DNA of 64,000 bases from an uncultured Chloroflexia bacterium (GTDB taxonomy: Bacteria > Chloroflexota > Limnocylindria > Limnocylindrales > CSP1-4), in assembly GCA_963819655.1 (NCBI GenBank), contig CAWFXA010000002.1, forward strand, positions 1 through 64,000. Reading direction: 5' to 3'. The position numbers were made by a program, and so were the translations under genes. Below the pieces are notes generated by a model. It saw only the letters and a program-made list of their open reading frames with translations, did no database searches and was not told the DNA's origin. This document shows, piece after piece, positions 35,534 to 45,898 of this stretch (the first letter of the stretch is position 1; every line of letters begins with the position of its first letter).

Positions 35534-36341
35534 CTACTTGAGCGCCTGCTTGATCGCCGCCTCGGCCAGCGGCGCCATGATCGCGTAGCCCTGCGCGTTC
35601 GGGTGCAGGTCGTCGCCGCTCAGCTCGGTGCGGAGCAGGCCGGTCTGGTCGAGCATCGCCGAGAAGTAGTCGAGATAGATATGACCCTCGGCGGCCGCGT
35701 ACTTCTTCATCCAGTCGTTGATCGCGCGAATGCGCTCCATCGGCCGGGTCTGGGTCTGCGGCACGCCGTTCGGCGCGACGTGGTAGTGCTGGTCGGCGGA
35801 TGCTCGAGAGCACCACCTTGATCTTGTTGGCCTTGGCGAGCTCCGCCATCGACATCAGGTTGTTCTGGATCTCCTCGTTGGTCATCGGCCCGGTGTTGCC
35901 GGCGATGTCGTTGGTGCCGGCGAGGATGACGACCGCCTTCGGATGCAGGTCGATGACGTCGGGGCGGAATCGGATCAACATCTGCGGCGTCGTCTGGCCG
36001 CTGATGCCGCGGCCGATGTACGACTTGTTGCTGCGCGAAGAAATCGCCGAAGCGCGGCTGCGGCCAGGCGTCGGTGATCGAGTCGCCCATGAACACCACG
36101 CGGGACTCGCCGGCGCGCCGGCTTCGGCAGGGCGCGGTTGGCGTCGCGGTAGCGCCCGAGCTGCGCCCAGTCGCGCATGCCGCGCGTCGTTGGCCAGCAG
36201 CCGCGTGATCGCGGCGGCCACCTCGGGACCGCTCGGCGCGGCCGCCGGCTGCGGCGCGGCGGCGGCCGGCGGGGCCGGCTGCTGTCCGGACAGCGAGACC
36301 ACCAACAGCGGGACGGTCAGGAATGCGGCGCTTCTGCGCAT
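35534..36341 (-). CDS. SGNH/GDSL hydrolase, secreted, frameshifted
   Basis: VVFMGDSITD, RGISGQTTPQML, LAGTNDIAGN, DDLHPN. Confidence 0.9.
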
Positions 36342-36389
36342 GCGGATGATCCTTTCATGGAGATGCACGGTGACGAGCCGGCGCGGCGC

Positions 36390-36576
36390 TCACGGCCGGG
36401 GCGTCGTGATCCGCTTGTAGCCGCTGACCGCGAGCGCCAGCATCACCGCGCCGCCGCCGAGCGGCGTCACCCGGATGCTCGCCGGTCCTGGCATAGGCGA
36501 CCGCCACCGCCGCGAAGCTCAGCGCGGCGGCGACGAAGGCGAGGACGACGGCGAGCTTCTGAGTCGAGGTGGCCAT
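36390..36576 (-). CDS. Small two-TM membrane protein (one frameshift)
   Basis: MATSTQKLAVVLAFVAAALSFAAVAVAYARTG / IRVTPLGGGAVMLALAVSGYKRITTPRP; TACGAT -10-like box upstream. Confidence 0.55.
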
Positions 36577-36603
36577 GCGAGGCGAAATCGTAGCTTGAGT
36601 CGC

Positions 36604-36753
36604 GTCAATTCCCAACGGCCAACTCCCAACTCCCAAGGAAGCCGATCGCACCAGCGGCGTAACAGACGCGGAATCAGCCGGTTGCAGTTGCTTTCCACCC
36701 GGCCGGTTCGAGCGACTCTCCTTGGAGGTTGGGAGTTGGAAGTTGGGAGTTGA
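36604..36753. repeat. Family-A element (divergent)
   Basis: gtcaattcccaacggccaactcccaactcccaagg ... ccttggaggttgggagttggaagttgggagttga. Confidence 0.8.
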
Positions 36754-36782
36754 ACCGCGCCGTTCCGCTATGCTATGCGGCC

Positions 36783-36848
36783 ATGCCGTTCACCGTCACT
36801 CGCGATCTCGTGCTTCCGAGCACCGTCACTGGCTCCTGGCCGCGTCCC
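36783..36848 (+). CDS. First 22 codons of a cobalamin-independent methionine synthase (MetE/Meth_synt_2-like) gene, cut by junction
   Basis: MPFTVTRDLVLPSTVTGSWPRP matches the LPTxxxGSxPRP N-terminal motif; TATGCT -10 at 36769-36774. Confidence 0.65.
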
Positions 36849-39800
36849 GCCGCCGCGTGATCCTGGAGCAGACCGAACAGCTCGTCGAAGCGCTCGCGAC
36901 CATCAGCACGATCGCGCAGCACCTCCGACAGACGCACGGCAGCGACGCTATCCGCGCTGAGCGCCGCGACGTGGCGGCCACTCGGGTCGAACAGGTACGC
37001 CCGTCCGCCGGTCATCCCGGCCCCGAAGTTCGCCCCGACCGGGCCCAGCACCACGACGACGCCGCCGGTCATGTACTCGCAGCCGTGCGCGCCGATGCCC
37101 TCGACCACGGCCGACGCGCCGCTGTTGCGGACCGCGAAGCGCATGCCGGCCCGCCCGACGAGATGCAGCCGACCGCTGGTCGCCCCATACAGGACGGTGT
37201 TCCCGGCGATCGCCTCACCGGCGGCCGCGACAGGCAGGTCGGGCTCGGGGCGGACGACGAGCCGGCCGCCCGACAGCCCCTTCCCCACGTAGTCGTTGGC
37301 CTGACCGACCAGAGTGAGGTCGATCGATGGGGACGCGAACGCCCCGAACGACTGGCCCGCTGCTCCCCGGAGCTCGAGGCGCACGGGTCCGCGCAGCTCG
37401 CCCCGCTCGATCGAGCCGGTGAGCCCGGCACCGAACGAGCGATCGGCTGTCGATAGCCGCAACCCGGAGGCCGTCACCGGCCCCTGGTCCCGGAACGCGT
37501 CCGCGACACGAACCTCCAGAGGCGATGCGGGCGCATGGCGGACCGTCCGCACAGGCAGTCCCGGGTCGGCCCGCCGTGCCGCATCCGCGCTCCACGATGC
37601 CGCCCCGACCACCGCGCGGAGCTCCCGCGACGAACGGGCGACCGGTCGCAAGCCTCGCCTGCTCTCTCCCACGATCTCGCCCACGGAGCGGGAACCGACG
37701 GCCGCCAGCTCGCGCCGCAGGTCCTCGGCGATCGCGAGGAAGAACGTCTCGACCATCTCGGGCGTGCCTCGGAACTTGGCGCGCAGGTCCTCGCGCTGCG
37801 TGGCGATGCCGGTCGGACACGTATCGAGATGGCACTGGCGCGCCATGTCGCAGCCGATCGCCACCAACGCCGACGTCCCGAACGCGAACTCCTCGGCCCC
37901 GAGCAGCGCCGCGATCAGCAGGTCCCGCCCGGTCTGCAGCCCGCCATCGGTGCGTAGCGCGACCCGGTCGCGCAGATCGTTGCGTAGCAGGACCTGGTGG
38001 ACCTCGGCCAGCCCGAACTCCCACGGCGCCCCGACGTGTTTGATCGACGACAGCGGCGACGCTCCCGTCCCGCCTGCGTGTCCGGACAAATGGATGTACG
38101 ACGCGCCGGCCTTCGCCACGCCTGCCGCGATCGTCCCGACGCCGCGCGACGCGACCAGCTTCACGCCGATCCGTGCGGCGGGGTTGATCGCCCGCAGGTC
38201 GGCGATGAGCTGCGCGAGATCCTCGATCGAGTAGATGTCGTGGTGTGGTGGCGGGCTGATGTAGCTCTGGCCGGCCTGGCCGCGCCGGAGCGCCGCGATG
38301 TAGGCGGTCGCCTTGCGGCCGGGGAGCTGGCCGCCCTCGCCGGGCTTCGAGCCCTGGGCGATCTTGATCTCCAGCTGGTCGGCGCGGGCGAGGTACGTCG
38401 CGGTCACACCGAACCGTGCCGATGCGACCTGCTTGATCCGCGCATCGCGACGCCGTCCGTCGGCGCCCACCGCATACCAGGCGGGATCCTCGCCGCCCTC
38501 ACCGGTGTTCGCGGCGCCCCCGGCTCGCTGGATCCCGATCGTCAACGCCTGGTGCGCCTCGGGCGACAGCGCCCCGACGCTCATTGCCGAGACGACGAAC
38601 CGGCGCGCGATCGACCGCGCATCCTCCACCGACGCGAGGTCGACCGGCTCGCCCAGCCGGCGTACGCGAAGTTCATCGCGCGGCGTCGCCGACGCCGTCG
38701 CCGGCCGTGCCAGCTCCGATCGGTAGCGCGCGAGCGATTCGTCGACCGTCGGCGTCGGCCCCTCCCCGACGGGCGTCGCGCCCGACAGGAGCTGGATCTC
38801 GCTCGCGATCCGCGGCGCGAACAGGTGCGCCTCCCCGTCGCCCCGGAACCGGGCGAAGCCCGGGTCGGGGAGCCGTGCCTCGCGACCCGGCGCGGGATCG
38901 GACAGAGCCAGCGCCGCCTCCCGCCGCCTCACGACACGCTCCCCGAGATCGCGCAGCGTCGTCCGGCCGGGCCACGCCGCGGCCGCCGGGAAGCACCGGG
39001 CGAGGACATCGGGCGCGAGGTCGATCGTGTCGATGAGCGACCCGCCGACATAGCTCGCGACCGCGCTGATCCCCATCCGGGCTAGCGTCTTGCGAAGGCC
39101 CGTCGCGAACGCGTCGACGATGTTCTCGACGGCATCGCCCGGCGTCACGTTCTCAGCGCCGCGCGACCCGGCCAGCTCCGCCGCGAGCTCGAGCGCGAGC
39201 CGCGGGTGGACCGCCGTCGCCCCCACCGCCAGCGCCATGGCCATGGCGTGGACGTCGAGGAGGTCGGCCGCGTCGAGGACCAGATCGGTCCTGCCCCGGA
39301 GACCGGCCTCCGTGAGGGCGGTATGGACCGCGCCCGCAGCAAGGATCGACGGCACCGGCAGGCGATCCGCTGACAACGCCGCGTCGCTCACGACGAGGAC
39401 CTCGACACCGGCCTCGCTCGCCGCGAGCGCGGCACCAGCGAGCCGATCGAGCGCGAGAGCGAGCCCGCCAGCGCCCTCCGCGACCGGCCACGTCGCATCG
39501 AGAACCCGGTGGCGTCGACCGCCGCCCGTGAGAGTCTCGATCAGCCCGCCGAGATCAGCGACGATCGGGCGTTCGAGCCGGAGCGTGCGTGGACCACGCG
39601 GCGGGCCGCCGAGAAGCGCCGGTCGGCGACCCAGCTCGACCCGGAGATCCATGACGACCCGCTCGCGCTCCGGGTCGATCGCCGGGTTCGTCACCTGCGC
39701 GAACGCCTGCCGCAGATGATCGGCGACGGGCCGGTCGAGCCGACCGCGACCCGGGGTCGGGGTGTCGTCACCCATGCTCCAGAGCGGCTCGTGCGCCTCC

Positions 39801-41257
39801 AGGGCCATCGTCTTGATATCGAGCCGCGCCTTCTCGGCGTCGAGACCGGCGAGGTAGCGGAGTCGATGATCCAGCGCCGGCCGTGCCTCGATCGCCGCGG
39901 CCGCCGCCTCGGCCGTGTCCTCGTGGAGCGGCCGCGGGGCATCGTGGATCGGGAGGTGGCGGAGGACGCGTGCCTTGGCATCGGTGTCCTCGAGGATCGC
40001 GCGCCGGCCCGGCTCGACCAGCAGCATCTCGCCCGGCCCGAGGCGACCGCGACGGACGGTCTCCGAAGCGGTGAACGGCACGGCGCCCGATTCCGATGCG
40101 AGCGCGACCATCCGCTCCGCCGTCACTGCGAAGGCGGCCGGGCGAAGCCCGTTCCGGTCGACCAGCGCGCCGACGCGCTGGCCATCGGCGAACACGATGG
40201 CGGCCGGGCCGTCCCAGGGCGCGAGCGTCCCGGCGGTCCGGCGTCGGAGCGTCGCCACGTGCGGGTGCGGGGCACGCCGCAGGCCCACCGCCTCGGGGAT
40301 GGCGGCAAGCAGCGCCGGGGCGAGGTCCCAGCCGGTCGTCGTCAACAGCTCCAGGCCCTCGTCGAGCGATAGCGAGTCCGAGCCGTCCGGCGACAGCAGA
40401 GGGCCGGCGTCGAGCAGCTCCGCCGCGACCGGACGTCCGCCGCGGTCGCGCGTTCGCCCGCGGACCTGCTCGCGGTTGCCACGGACCGTGTTGATCTCGC
40501 CGTTGTGGGCGATCGAGCGGAACGGCTGGGCGAGTCGCCAGACGGGGGTCGTGTTCGTGGCGTACCGCTGGTGGAAGACCGCGTACGCGACCTCGACCGG
40601 CGCACGCAGGTCCGGGTACAGCTCGCCGAGACGCGTGCCCTCGACAAGGCCCTTGTAGACAACGGTCCGGCACGACGCAGAGGGCACCGACAACCCGGCG
40701 ACCTTACCGCCTCCCGCGCGCGCGGCCGTCTCCAGCCGCCGCCGAGCGACGACCAGCCGACGTTCGAACAGCGCGTCGGACGCCGCGGGGGGCCGCGCGA
40801 CGATCGCCTGGACCACGGCCGGACGCGACGATGCGGCTGCCGCCCCGAGCGCCCCAGGCTCGAACGGCACGGATCGCCAGGCAACGACCGGCAGGCCGGC
40901 ATCCGCGAAGACCTTGTCCACAAGCCCTCGCGCCACGCGCGCCGCGACCCGCCCCCGGGGCAGGAACAACGTGACCACGCCAGGGCTTTCGGTGGCGCGC
41001 GCTCCCGCGATCAACGACAGCAGCGACCCCGACAGCGGCATTGCGACGCCCGCGCCATCGCTCGACTCGCCGTCGGCGGCGAATGCCCCACGGTGGGCCA
41101 GTGCCGCGAGGCCTGCGAGCGCGAGCGGCAGCACCCGCCCATGCGACCCGCCGCCGGCATCCGCCACGAACCCGACCCCGCACGCATCGTGCTCGAACCG
41201 CGCGTCGTACAGCGGCGCTCGGATGTCGCGCTCGTCGTGTCGGTCGGTGGCGTCCAT
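36845..41257 (-). CDS. gltB: Glutamate synthase large subunit (C-terminus truncated at junction)
   Basis: DACGVGF, HQRYATNT, HNGEINT, PWDGPA, FAQVTNP, KQVASARFGV, KIAQGSKPGEGGQLPG, CDMARQCHLDTCPTG, GCEYMTGG. Confidence 0.95.
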
Positions 41258-41409
41258 CTCGCGCTGGCGGCTCCGAAGGAAGTGGAGCGGCCGCCGCCCG
41301 GCTGGGACGGTGGCCGCATGGACGGGAAGTGGCGGGTCGAGCGAGGGAGCGTCGGCCGGTCGAGACCCGGGAGGAGCCGTCCCCGACCGGCCGTTCGCCC
41401 CTTCCTGGG

Positions 41410-42642
41410 TCAGGTCTGGTAGGCCACCTCGCCGTGGGTCGCGAGGTCGATGCCCATCTCCTCGTCCTTGGCCGATACGCGGATCCCTAGGATCAGGTCG
41501 ACGACCTTGATGATCACGAGGGTCGACACGGCGGCGTAAGCGACGGTCGCCCCGACCGCGATGAGCTGGTTGACGAGCTGCTGGGCGTTGCCCTCGAGCA
41601 GGCCGGTGTAGGCCTCCTGGATGGCGGCCGTGGCGAAGACACCGGTCGCGACCGCGCCGAACATGCCGCCGACGCCGTGGACCGCGAACACGTCGAGCGC
41701 GTCATCGATCTTGAGGCGCGAGCGCAGCAGCGTCGCGCTGTAGCACAGGCCGCCGACCACGAGGCCGATGACCAACGCCCCGCCGACACCGACGAAACCG
41801 GAGGCCGGGGTGATCGCGACCAGGCCCGCCACGGCGCCGCAGGCGGCACCGATGACGCTGACCTTGCCCCTGTGGAGGTAGCTCGCGAGGACCCAGGTGA
41901 TGGTCGCGGCAGCGGCGGCGGTGTTGGTGACGATGAATGCGCTCGCCGCGAGACCGTTCGCCGCGACCGCAGAACCGGCGTTGAAGCCGAACCAGCCGAA
42001 CCACAGGAGTCCCGCGCCGAGGACCGTCATCGGGACGTCGTGCGGCTCCATCGGCTCACCGTTGGCGACGCGACGGCCGATCAGCAGGGCCACGACAAGC
42101 GCCGAGACGCCCGAGCTGATGTGGACCACGGTCCCGCCCGCGAAGTCGAGGGCGCCGAGCTTGAACAGCCAGCCATCGGCCGACCACACCCAGTGGGCCA
42201 GTGGCGAGTACACGAGGATCGACCACAGGATCGTGAACAGCACGAAGGCGCCGAACCGCTTGCGCTCGGCGAAGGCGCCGGTGATGAGGGCCGGCGTGAT
42301 CGCGGCGAACATCAGCTGGAAAGCCGCGAACAGCACGAATGGCACGGTCGTCGCGTAGGTCGTTGACGGTTCGAGACCGACGCCGTTGAAGAACGCGAAG
42401 TCGAGACCGCCGATCCAACCGGCGCCGATGATCGGCAGCGTGACGTCCGGTCCGAACGCCAGCGAGAAGCCGACGATGACCCACACGACGCTGACCAAGG
42501 CCAGGCCGAAGAAGCTGTGCATGATCGTCGATAGGACGTTCTTGCGCCGTACGAGGCCGCCGTAGAACAGCGCCAGCCCCGGCAGCATGATCATCACGAG
42601 GGCTGTCGACATCAACAGCCAAGCGGTATCGCCACTGTTCAT
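41410..42642 (-). CDS. amtB: Ammonium transporter
   Basis: MNSGDTAW, PGLALFYGGLVR, FQLMFAAITPAL, DFAGGTVVH, WFGWFGFNAGS, DDALDVFAVHG; ggagg RBS. Confidence 0.97.
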   Translation of the reverse strand: MNSGDTAWLLMSTALVMIMLPGLALFYGGLVRRKNVLSTIMHSFFGLALVSVVWVIVGFSLAFGPDVTLPIIGAGWIGGLDFAFFNGVGLEPSTTYATTVPFVLFAAFQLMFAAITPALITGAFAERKRFGAFVLFTILWSILVYSPLAHWVWSADGWLFKLGALDFAGGTVVHISSGVSALVVALLIGRRVANGEPMEPHDVPMTVLGAGLLWFGWFGFNAGSAVAANGLAASAFIVTNTAAAAATITWVLASYLHRGKVSVIGAACGAVAGLVAITPASGFVGVGGALVIGLVVGGLCYSATLLRSRLKIDDALDVFAVHGVGGMFGAVATGVFATAAIQEAYTGLLEGNAQQLVNQLIAVGATVAYAAVSTLVIIKVVDLILGIRVSAKDEEMGIDLATHGEVAYQT

Positions 42643-42822
42643 CCGTTCCTCCCGGCATGGTCGGGACACCCGATCCGAACGGGTGTGGAACGAACGCTAC
42701 GGGGCGGTCAGGCGGCGGTCGTCCCCCGCGGCGGGAACGAGAACGTCGCGGTTCGGGACCATGGCGCGGCCCTGATCGGTTCAACGTTGCGCTTCGGCGT
42801 CACCGCACGTGCAGCCGGTCGG

Positions 42823-43791
42823 TCAGTCCTCGCCGCGGACGCGTACAGACCCGACACCGCCCTGGATGTCGAGGTCGACGCGGTTCTCGGCGGTCGCGTA
42901 GTCAGTCGACTGATAGCCATCGCCCATCCGCGGGAAGCGCGACTCGTCGACCTGGATGCTGCCGAGACCCATCTTCGTTCTGATGCGCGCCGCGACGCCG
43001 GTCGGGACGAGGATCGTCAGGCTGGCGGCACCGGTCTCGGCCCGCACATCGGTTGCTCCGGCCGCCCGCGGCAGGAGGACGGTCGTCTCGCTGGCACCCG
43101 TCTTGAGCTCGAGACGTCGCAGCTTCGTCTCGCGGAGATCGAGCCGAGTGCGGCTGGCACCGCCCTCGAGACGCAGATCGAGCGGCAACTCACCGGTCAG
43201 GCCGAGATTCCATCGCGATTCCTGGTTCAGCCAGGGCATACCCCATGAGGTGTCCTGCTCGAGCTCGACGTTGCCGGGGCCCAGCTCGCGGTGGACGACA
43301 CCACCGCGAAAGTCGCCGTCGACGAGAGCGCCGAGCGCGGCGATCCCGGTCGTCAATGTGCCGGCGTTGAACTTGATCCGGACCGACGCCTGCGCTGCGG
43401 CCCGAAGCGGGACGACCAGCTGCTCCTGCGGCTTCGATCCACCCGGTACGACGGCGCCGATCAGGAACCAGACACCCAGGGCCACGAGAAGCCACGGCCA
43501 TCCCTGCTCGATGAGCTCGCCCGGTCCTGTGCCGAGCTGGCCGGTCGTGCTCAGGAGCAGGAGCACGCCAACGACGATCCACACGATCGGCCAGGTGAAC
43601 GACCAGAGGACGGGAGCACCGGGTCGCCGGCCGAGGATGGTCGAAACGAGCGATGCGACACCGACGAGGATCACGAACAGCGGCCAGACCTCGGTCCACG
43701 CCAGGTCCATCGCCTGCCGCGCGAGGAAGACGATCCCAAGACCGATCAGCCACGTCCCGGCGATCAGCGGTCCACGGCGGCGATCGTTCAT
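42823..43791 (-). CDS. LiaF/DUF5668-type membrane protein with C-terminal toast-rack beta domain
   Basis: Two WPL/WPW TM hairpins followed by repeated beta strands (L.L.GGAS, L.L.TGAS, V..ETGAA, I..KMGLG). Confidence 0.7.
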   Translation of the reverse strand: MNDRRRGPLIAGTWLIGLGIVFLARQAMDLAWTEVWPLFVILVGVASLVSTILGRRPGAPVLWSFTWPIVWIVVGVLLLLSTTGQLGTGPGELIEQGWPWLLVALGVWFLIGAVVPGGSKPQEQLVVPLRAAAQASVRIKFNAGTLTTGIAALGALVDGDFRGGVVHRELGPGNVELEQDTSWGMPWLNQESRWNLGLTGELPLDLRLEGGASRTRLDLRETKLRRLELKTGASETTVLLPRAAGATDVRAETGAASLTILVPTGVAARIRTKMGLGSIQVDESRFPRMGDGYQSTDYATAENRVDLDIQGGVGSVRVRGED

Positions 43792-44360
43792 TCGGATCCG
43801 CCCGATCGCGGGCCACGGCCCATCGCCATCATGACGAGGAGGAGCCCGAGGAGCACCAGGATGAGCGGCCAGAACCAGTCGAAGTCGATCTGGGGCAGGA
43901 ACTCACGGACGAGGAAGAACACCCCGAGTAGGATCAGGAAGCCGCCGAACAGGAGGCCCAGTGGCATCCCGCCGCCGCGCTCGGCGCGGGCGGCGCGACG
44001 GGCGGCGCGCGCTTCGGCCCGCGCGTCACGCGCGTCACGCGCGGCCTGCGCTGCCTGGACTGTGTCGCCGGTCTCGGCGAGCGGCATCGAGCTCGCCGCA
44101 GTCTCGCCCGTCAGGGTCGCCCTGGTCGGTGTCGCGGCGTGTGGCGCGGCCGCGGTCGTCGGCATATAGGTGTCGTCCTCCTCGGGCACCACGATCGCCA
44201 TCACGATGTACACGACCAGAGCGATCCCGCCGGTGAAGATGACCAGCAGCGCCCAGATGATGCGCACGAGGGCCGGGTCGGCGCCCCACATCTCGGCCAG
44301 CCCGCCGGCCACACCGGCCAGCATCCGGTCGTCACGCGAGCGGTACAGCCGATCGCCCAT
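43788..44360 (-). CDS. PspC-domain membrane protein with DUF5668-like C-terminus
   Basis: RLYRSRDDRMLAGVAGGLAE...DPALVR...YIVMAIVVPEE; C-terminal FWPLILV. Confidence 0.9.
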   Translation of the reverse strand: MGDRLYRSRDDRMLAGVAGGLAEMWGADPALVRIIWALLVIFTGGIALVVYIVMAIVVPEEDDTYMPTTAAAPHAATPTRATLTGETAASSMPLAETGDTVQAAQAARDARDARAEARAARRAARAERGGGMPLGLLFGGFLILLGVFFLVREFLPQIDFDWFWPLILVLLGLLLVMMAMGRGPRSGGSE

Positions 44361-45313
44361 CAGCAGCCTCCTTCAGGGTCGAGCGAGAAGTTCGCGGCGT
44401 TGCCCTCGACTGACAAGTCGATGACCGGTGCACCGACGGCTCCCTCGCGGGTCCAGACGTCGCCGCTCTGGGACAGCCCGCGGTCCTCGAGGTTGTGCGC
44501 GAACGTCAGCTGCTCCTCGACCCGAAATCTCAGAGTTGCATCGGCGGGGACGCACAGCTCGAGTGCGCCGGCGTTCGCCGAGAGCGATCCCGTCGTGTCA
44601 CTGTCGACCAGGAGTCGCGCGCGGCCGGCATTCGTCGAGATGTCGAGTTGCCCGATGCGGGCGCCGATGGCGTCGACGCGACCGTCCCCCGCGTTGAGGT
44701 CGAGCTTGAAATCGGTCAGCTGGGCGCCGGCGAGCCGGACCGTGCTGCTGCCCGCGTTCGCCGACACCTCGATCGACTGGGTGTGGTCGCCGGGAAGCGT
44801 CACGGCCCAGGACTGGCGCCGGAGGCCGAACCCACCGGGTGAGCGCAGACCGATCTCCAGGTCGCTCAGCTCGAGCGTCGGCGGCTCGCCCTGATAGTCG
44901 GCCTGGATGCGCCACGCGTCGCCGGGCGCTACGGACAGCTCCATCGAGCCGCAATCGAGATCGAAGGTTGCGCTGATCGGCTGAGAGAAGGTGCCGTCGT
45001 CCTCGAACCGCTGGCTCGTGCCGGAGCCGAGGGCCCCGCAACCACCGACGTTGCCGATCCACATCGTGCCGGACGCGAGGATCCCGCCGGCCGCGATCCC
45101 GAGCGCGACGGCAGCGAGCACGGTTGCGATGATGCCGGCCTGGCTGCGACCGAAGATCAGCGCGAGGCCGAAGGCGACCAGCAGCAGCGGCCACAGGCGC
45201 CAGGCCTCGGAAAACGCGTTCGGGTCTATGGCGCCGGCGCGGACGAGCAGCGGCAGCCCGCCCAGGAGGATGAAGAAGAGGCCCCAGAACAGGAGGCCGG
45301 ACCGGATGCGCAT
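44360..45313 (-). CDS. LiaF/DUF5668-type membrane protein with toast-rack beta domain
   Basis: GLLFWGLFFILLG...WRLWPLLLVAFGL followed by repeated NAG beta-strand motifs. Confidence 0.7.
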   Translation of the reverse strand: MRIRSGLLFWGLFFILLGGLPLLVRAGAIDPNAFSEAWRLWPLLLVAFGLALIFGRSQAGIIATVLAAVALGIAAGGILASGTMWIGNVGGCGALGSGTSQRFEDDGTFSQPISATFDLDCGSMELSVAPGDAWRIQADYQGEPPTLELSDLEIGLRSPGGFGLRRQSWAVTLPGDHTQSIEVSANAGSSTVRLAGAQLTDFKLDLNAGDGRVDAIGARIGQLDISTNAGRARLLVDSDTTGSLSANAGALELCVPADATLRFRVEEQLTFAHNLEDRGLSQSGDVWTREGAVGAPVIDLSVEGNAANFSLDPEGGC

Positions 45314-45403
45314 GGGGCGGTCCCTTGGAGCGAGGTGCGGACCGCAATGATGCGTCCACGCACCGTCGAACCGTCAAGGGCCGGATGTGCCTATCGCCAG
45401 CCT

Positions 45404-45733
45404 GTCACTCACAGTGACGATGTCGCTCTCAGTGACGCTCTGGTGATGAATGAGCACGCGCCGATCGCCCGGGATGCAGTTCTCCGTCATCTGGGCGAGC
45501 GATCCTGCACGGCTGTGCGGATCGCGTCACTCACAGTGACGCTGTCGCGCTCGCAGTGACAGGAGATCACCTCGCGAGGTCACTCACAGTGACGATGTCG
45601 CTCTCAGTGACGCTCTGGTGATGAATGAGCACGCGCCGATCGCCCAGGATGCATCTCTCCGTCATCTGGGCGAGTGATCCTGCACGGCTGTGCGGATCGC
45701 GTCACTCACAGTGACGATGTGGCTCTCAGTGAC
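45404..45733. repeat. Array of four double-hairpin units inside a 175-bp tandem duplication
   Basis: gtcactcacagtgac at 45404, 45526, 45579 and 45701, each followed by a second gt(c/g)gc..cagtgac hairpin; 45404 onward repeats at 45579. Confidence 0.9.
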
Positions 45734-45786
45734 ACGGGATCATCTGGCGAAGAGACGAATGAAGGATTGCGAATGGTCGATCCTCG

Positions 45787-45862
45787 TGGCGAGCCGGGTG
45801 GGATTCGAACCCACGACACAGGGATTAAAAGTCCCCTGCTCTAACCACTGAGCTACCGGCCC
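45787..45862 (-). tRNA. tRNA-Lys(UUU)
   Basis: GGGCCGGTAGCTCAGTGGTTAGAGCAGGGGAC-TTT-TAATCCCTGTGTCGTGGGTTCGAATCCCACCCGGCTCGCCA; 76 nt, anticodon loop CTTTTAA, encoded CCA; TACGCT -10 lies 6 nt upstream. Confidence 0.97.
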
Positions 45863-45898
45863 GGCCCTAGCGTACCGTGCGGCGCGATCCTGATCGGC

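Noticed and set aside
36773-36844. Novel C-terminal extension of GltB
   Set aside because: It is the antisense of the MetE-like start from the other fragment.
1304-36848. Programmed frameshifting or mass pseudogenisation
   Set aside because: Indels are scattered with no evident slippery-site pattern, hit essential adk and leave catalytic motifs intact; sequencing error is the simpler explanation.
45404-45733. CRISPR array
   Set aside because: Spacers are unequal in length and the two long ones are near-identical copies; no cas genes in the window.
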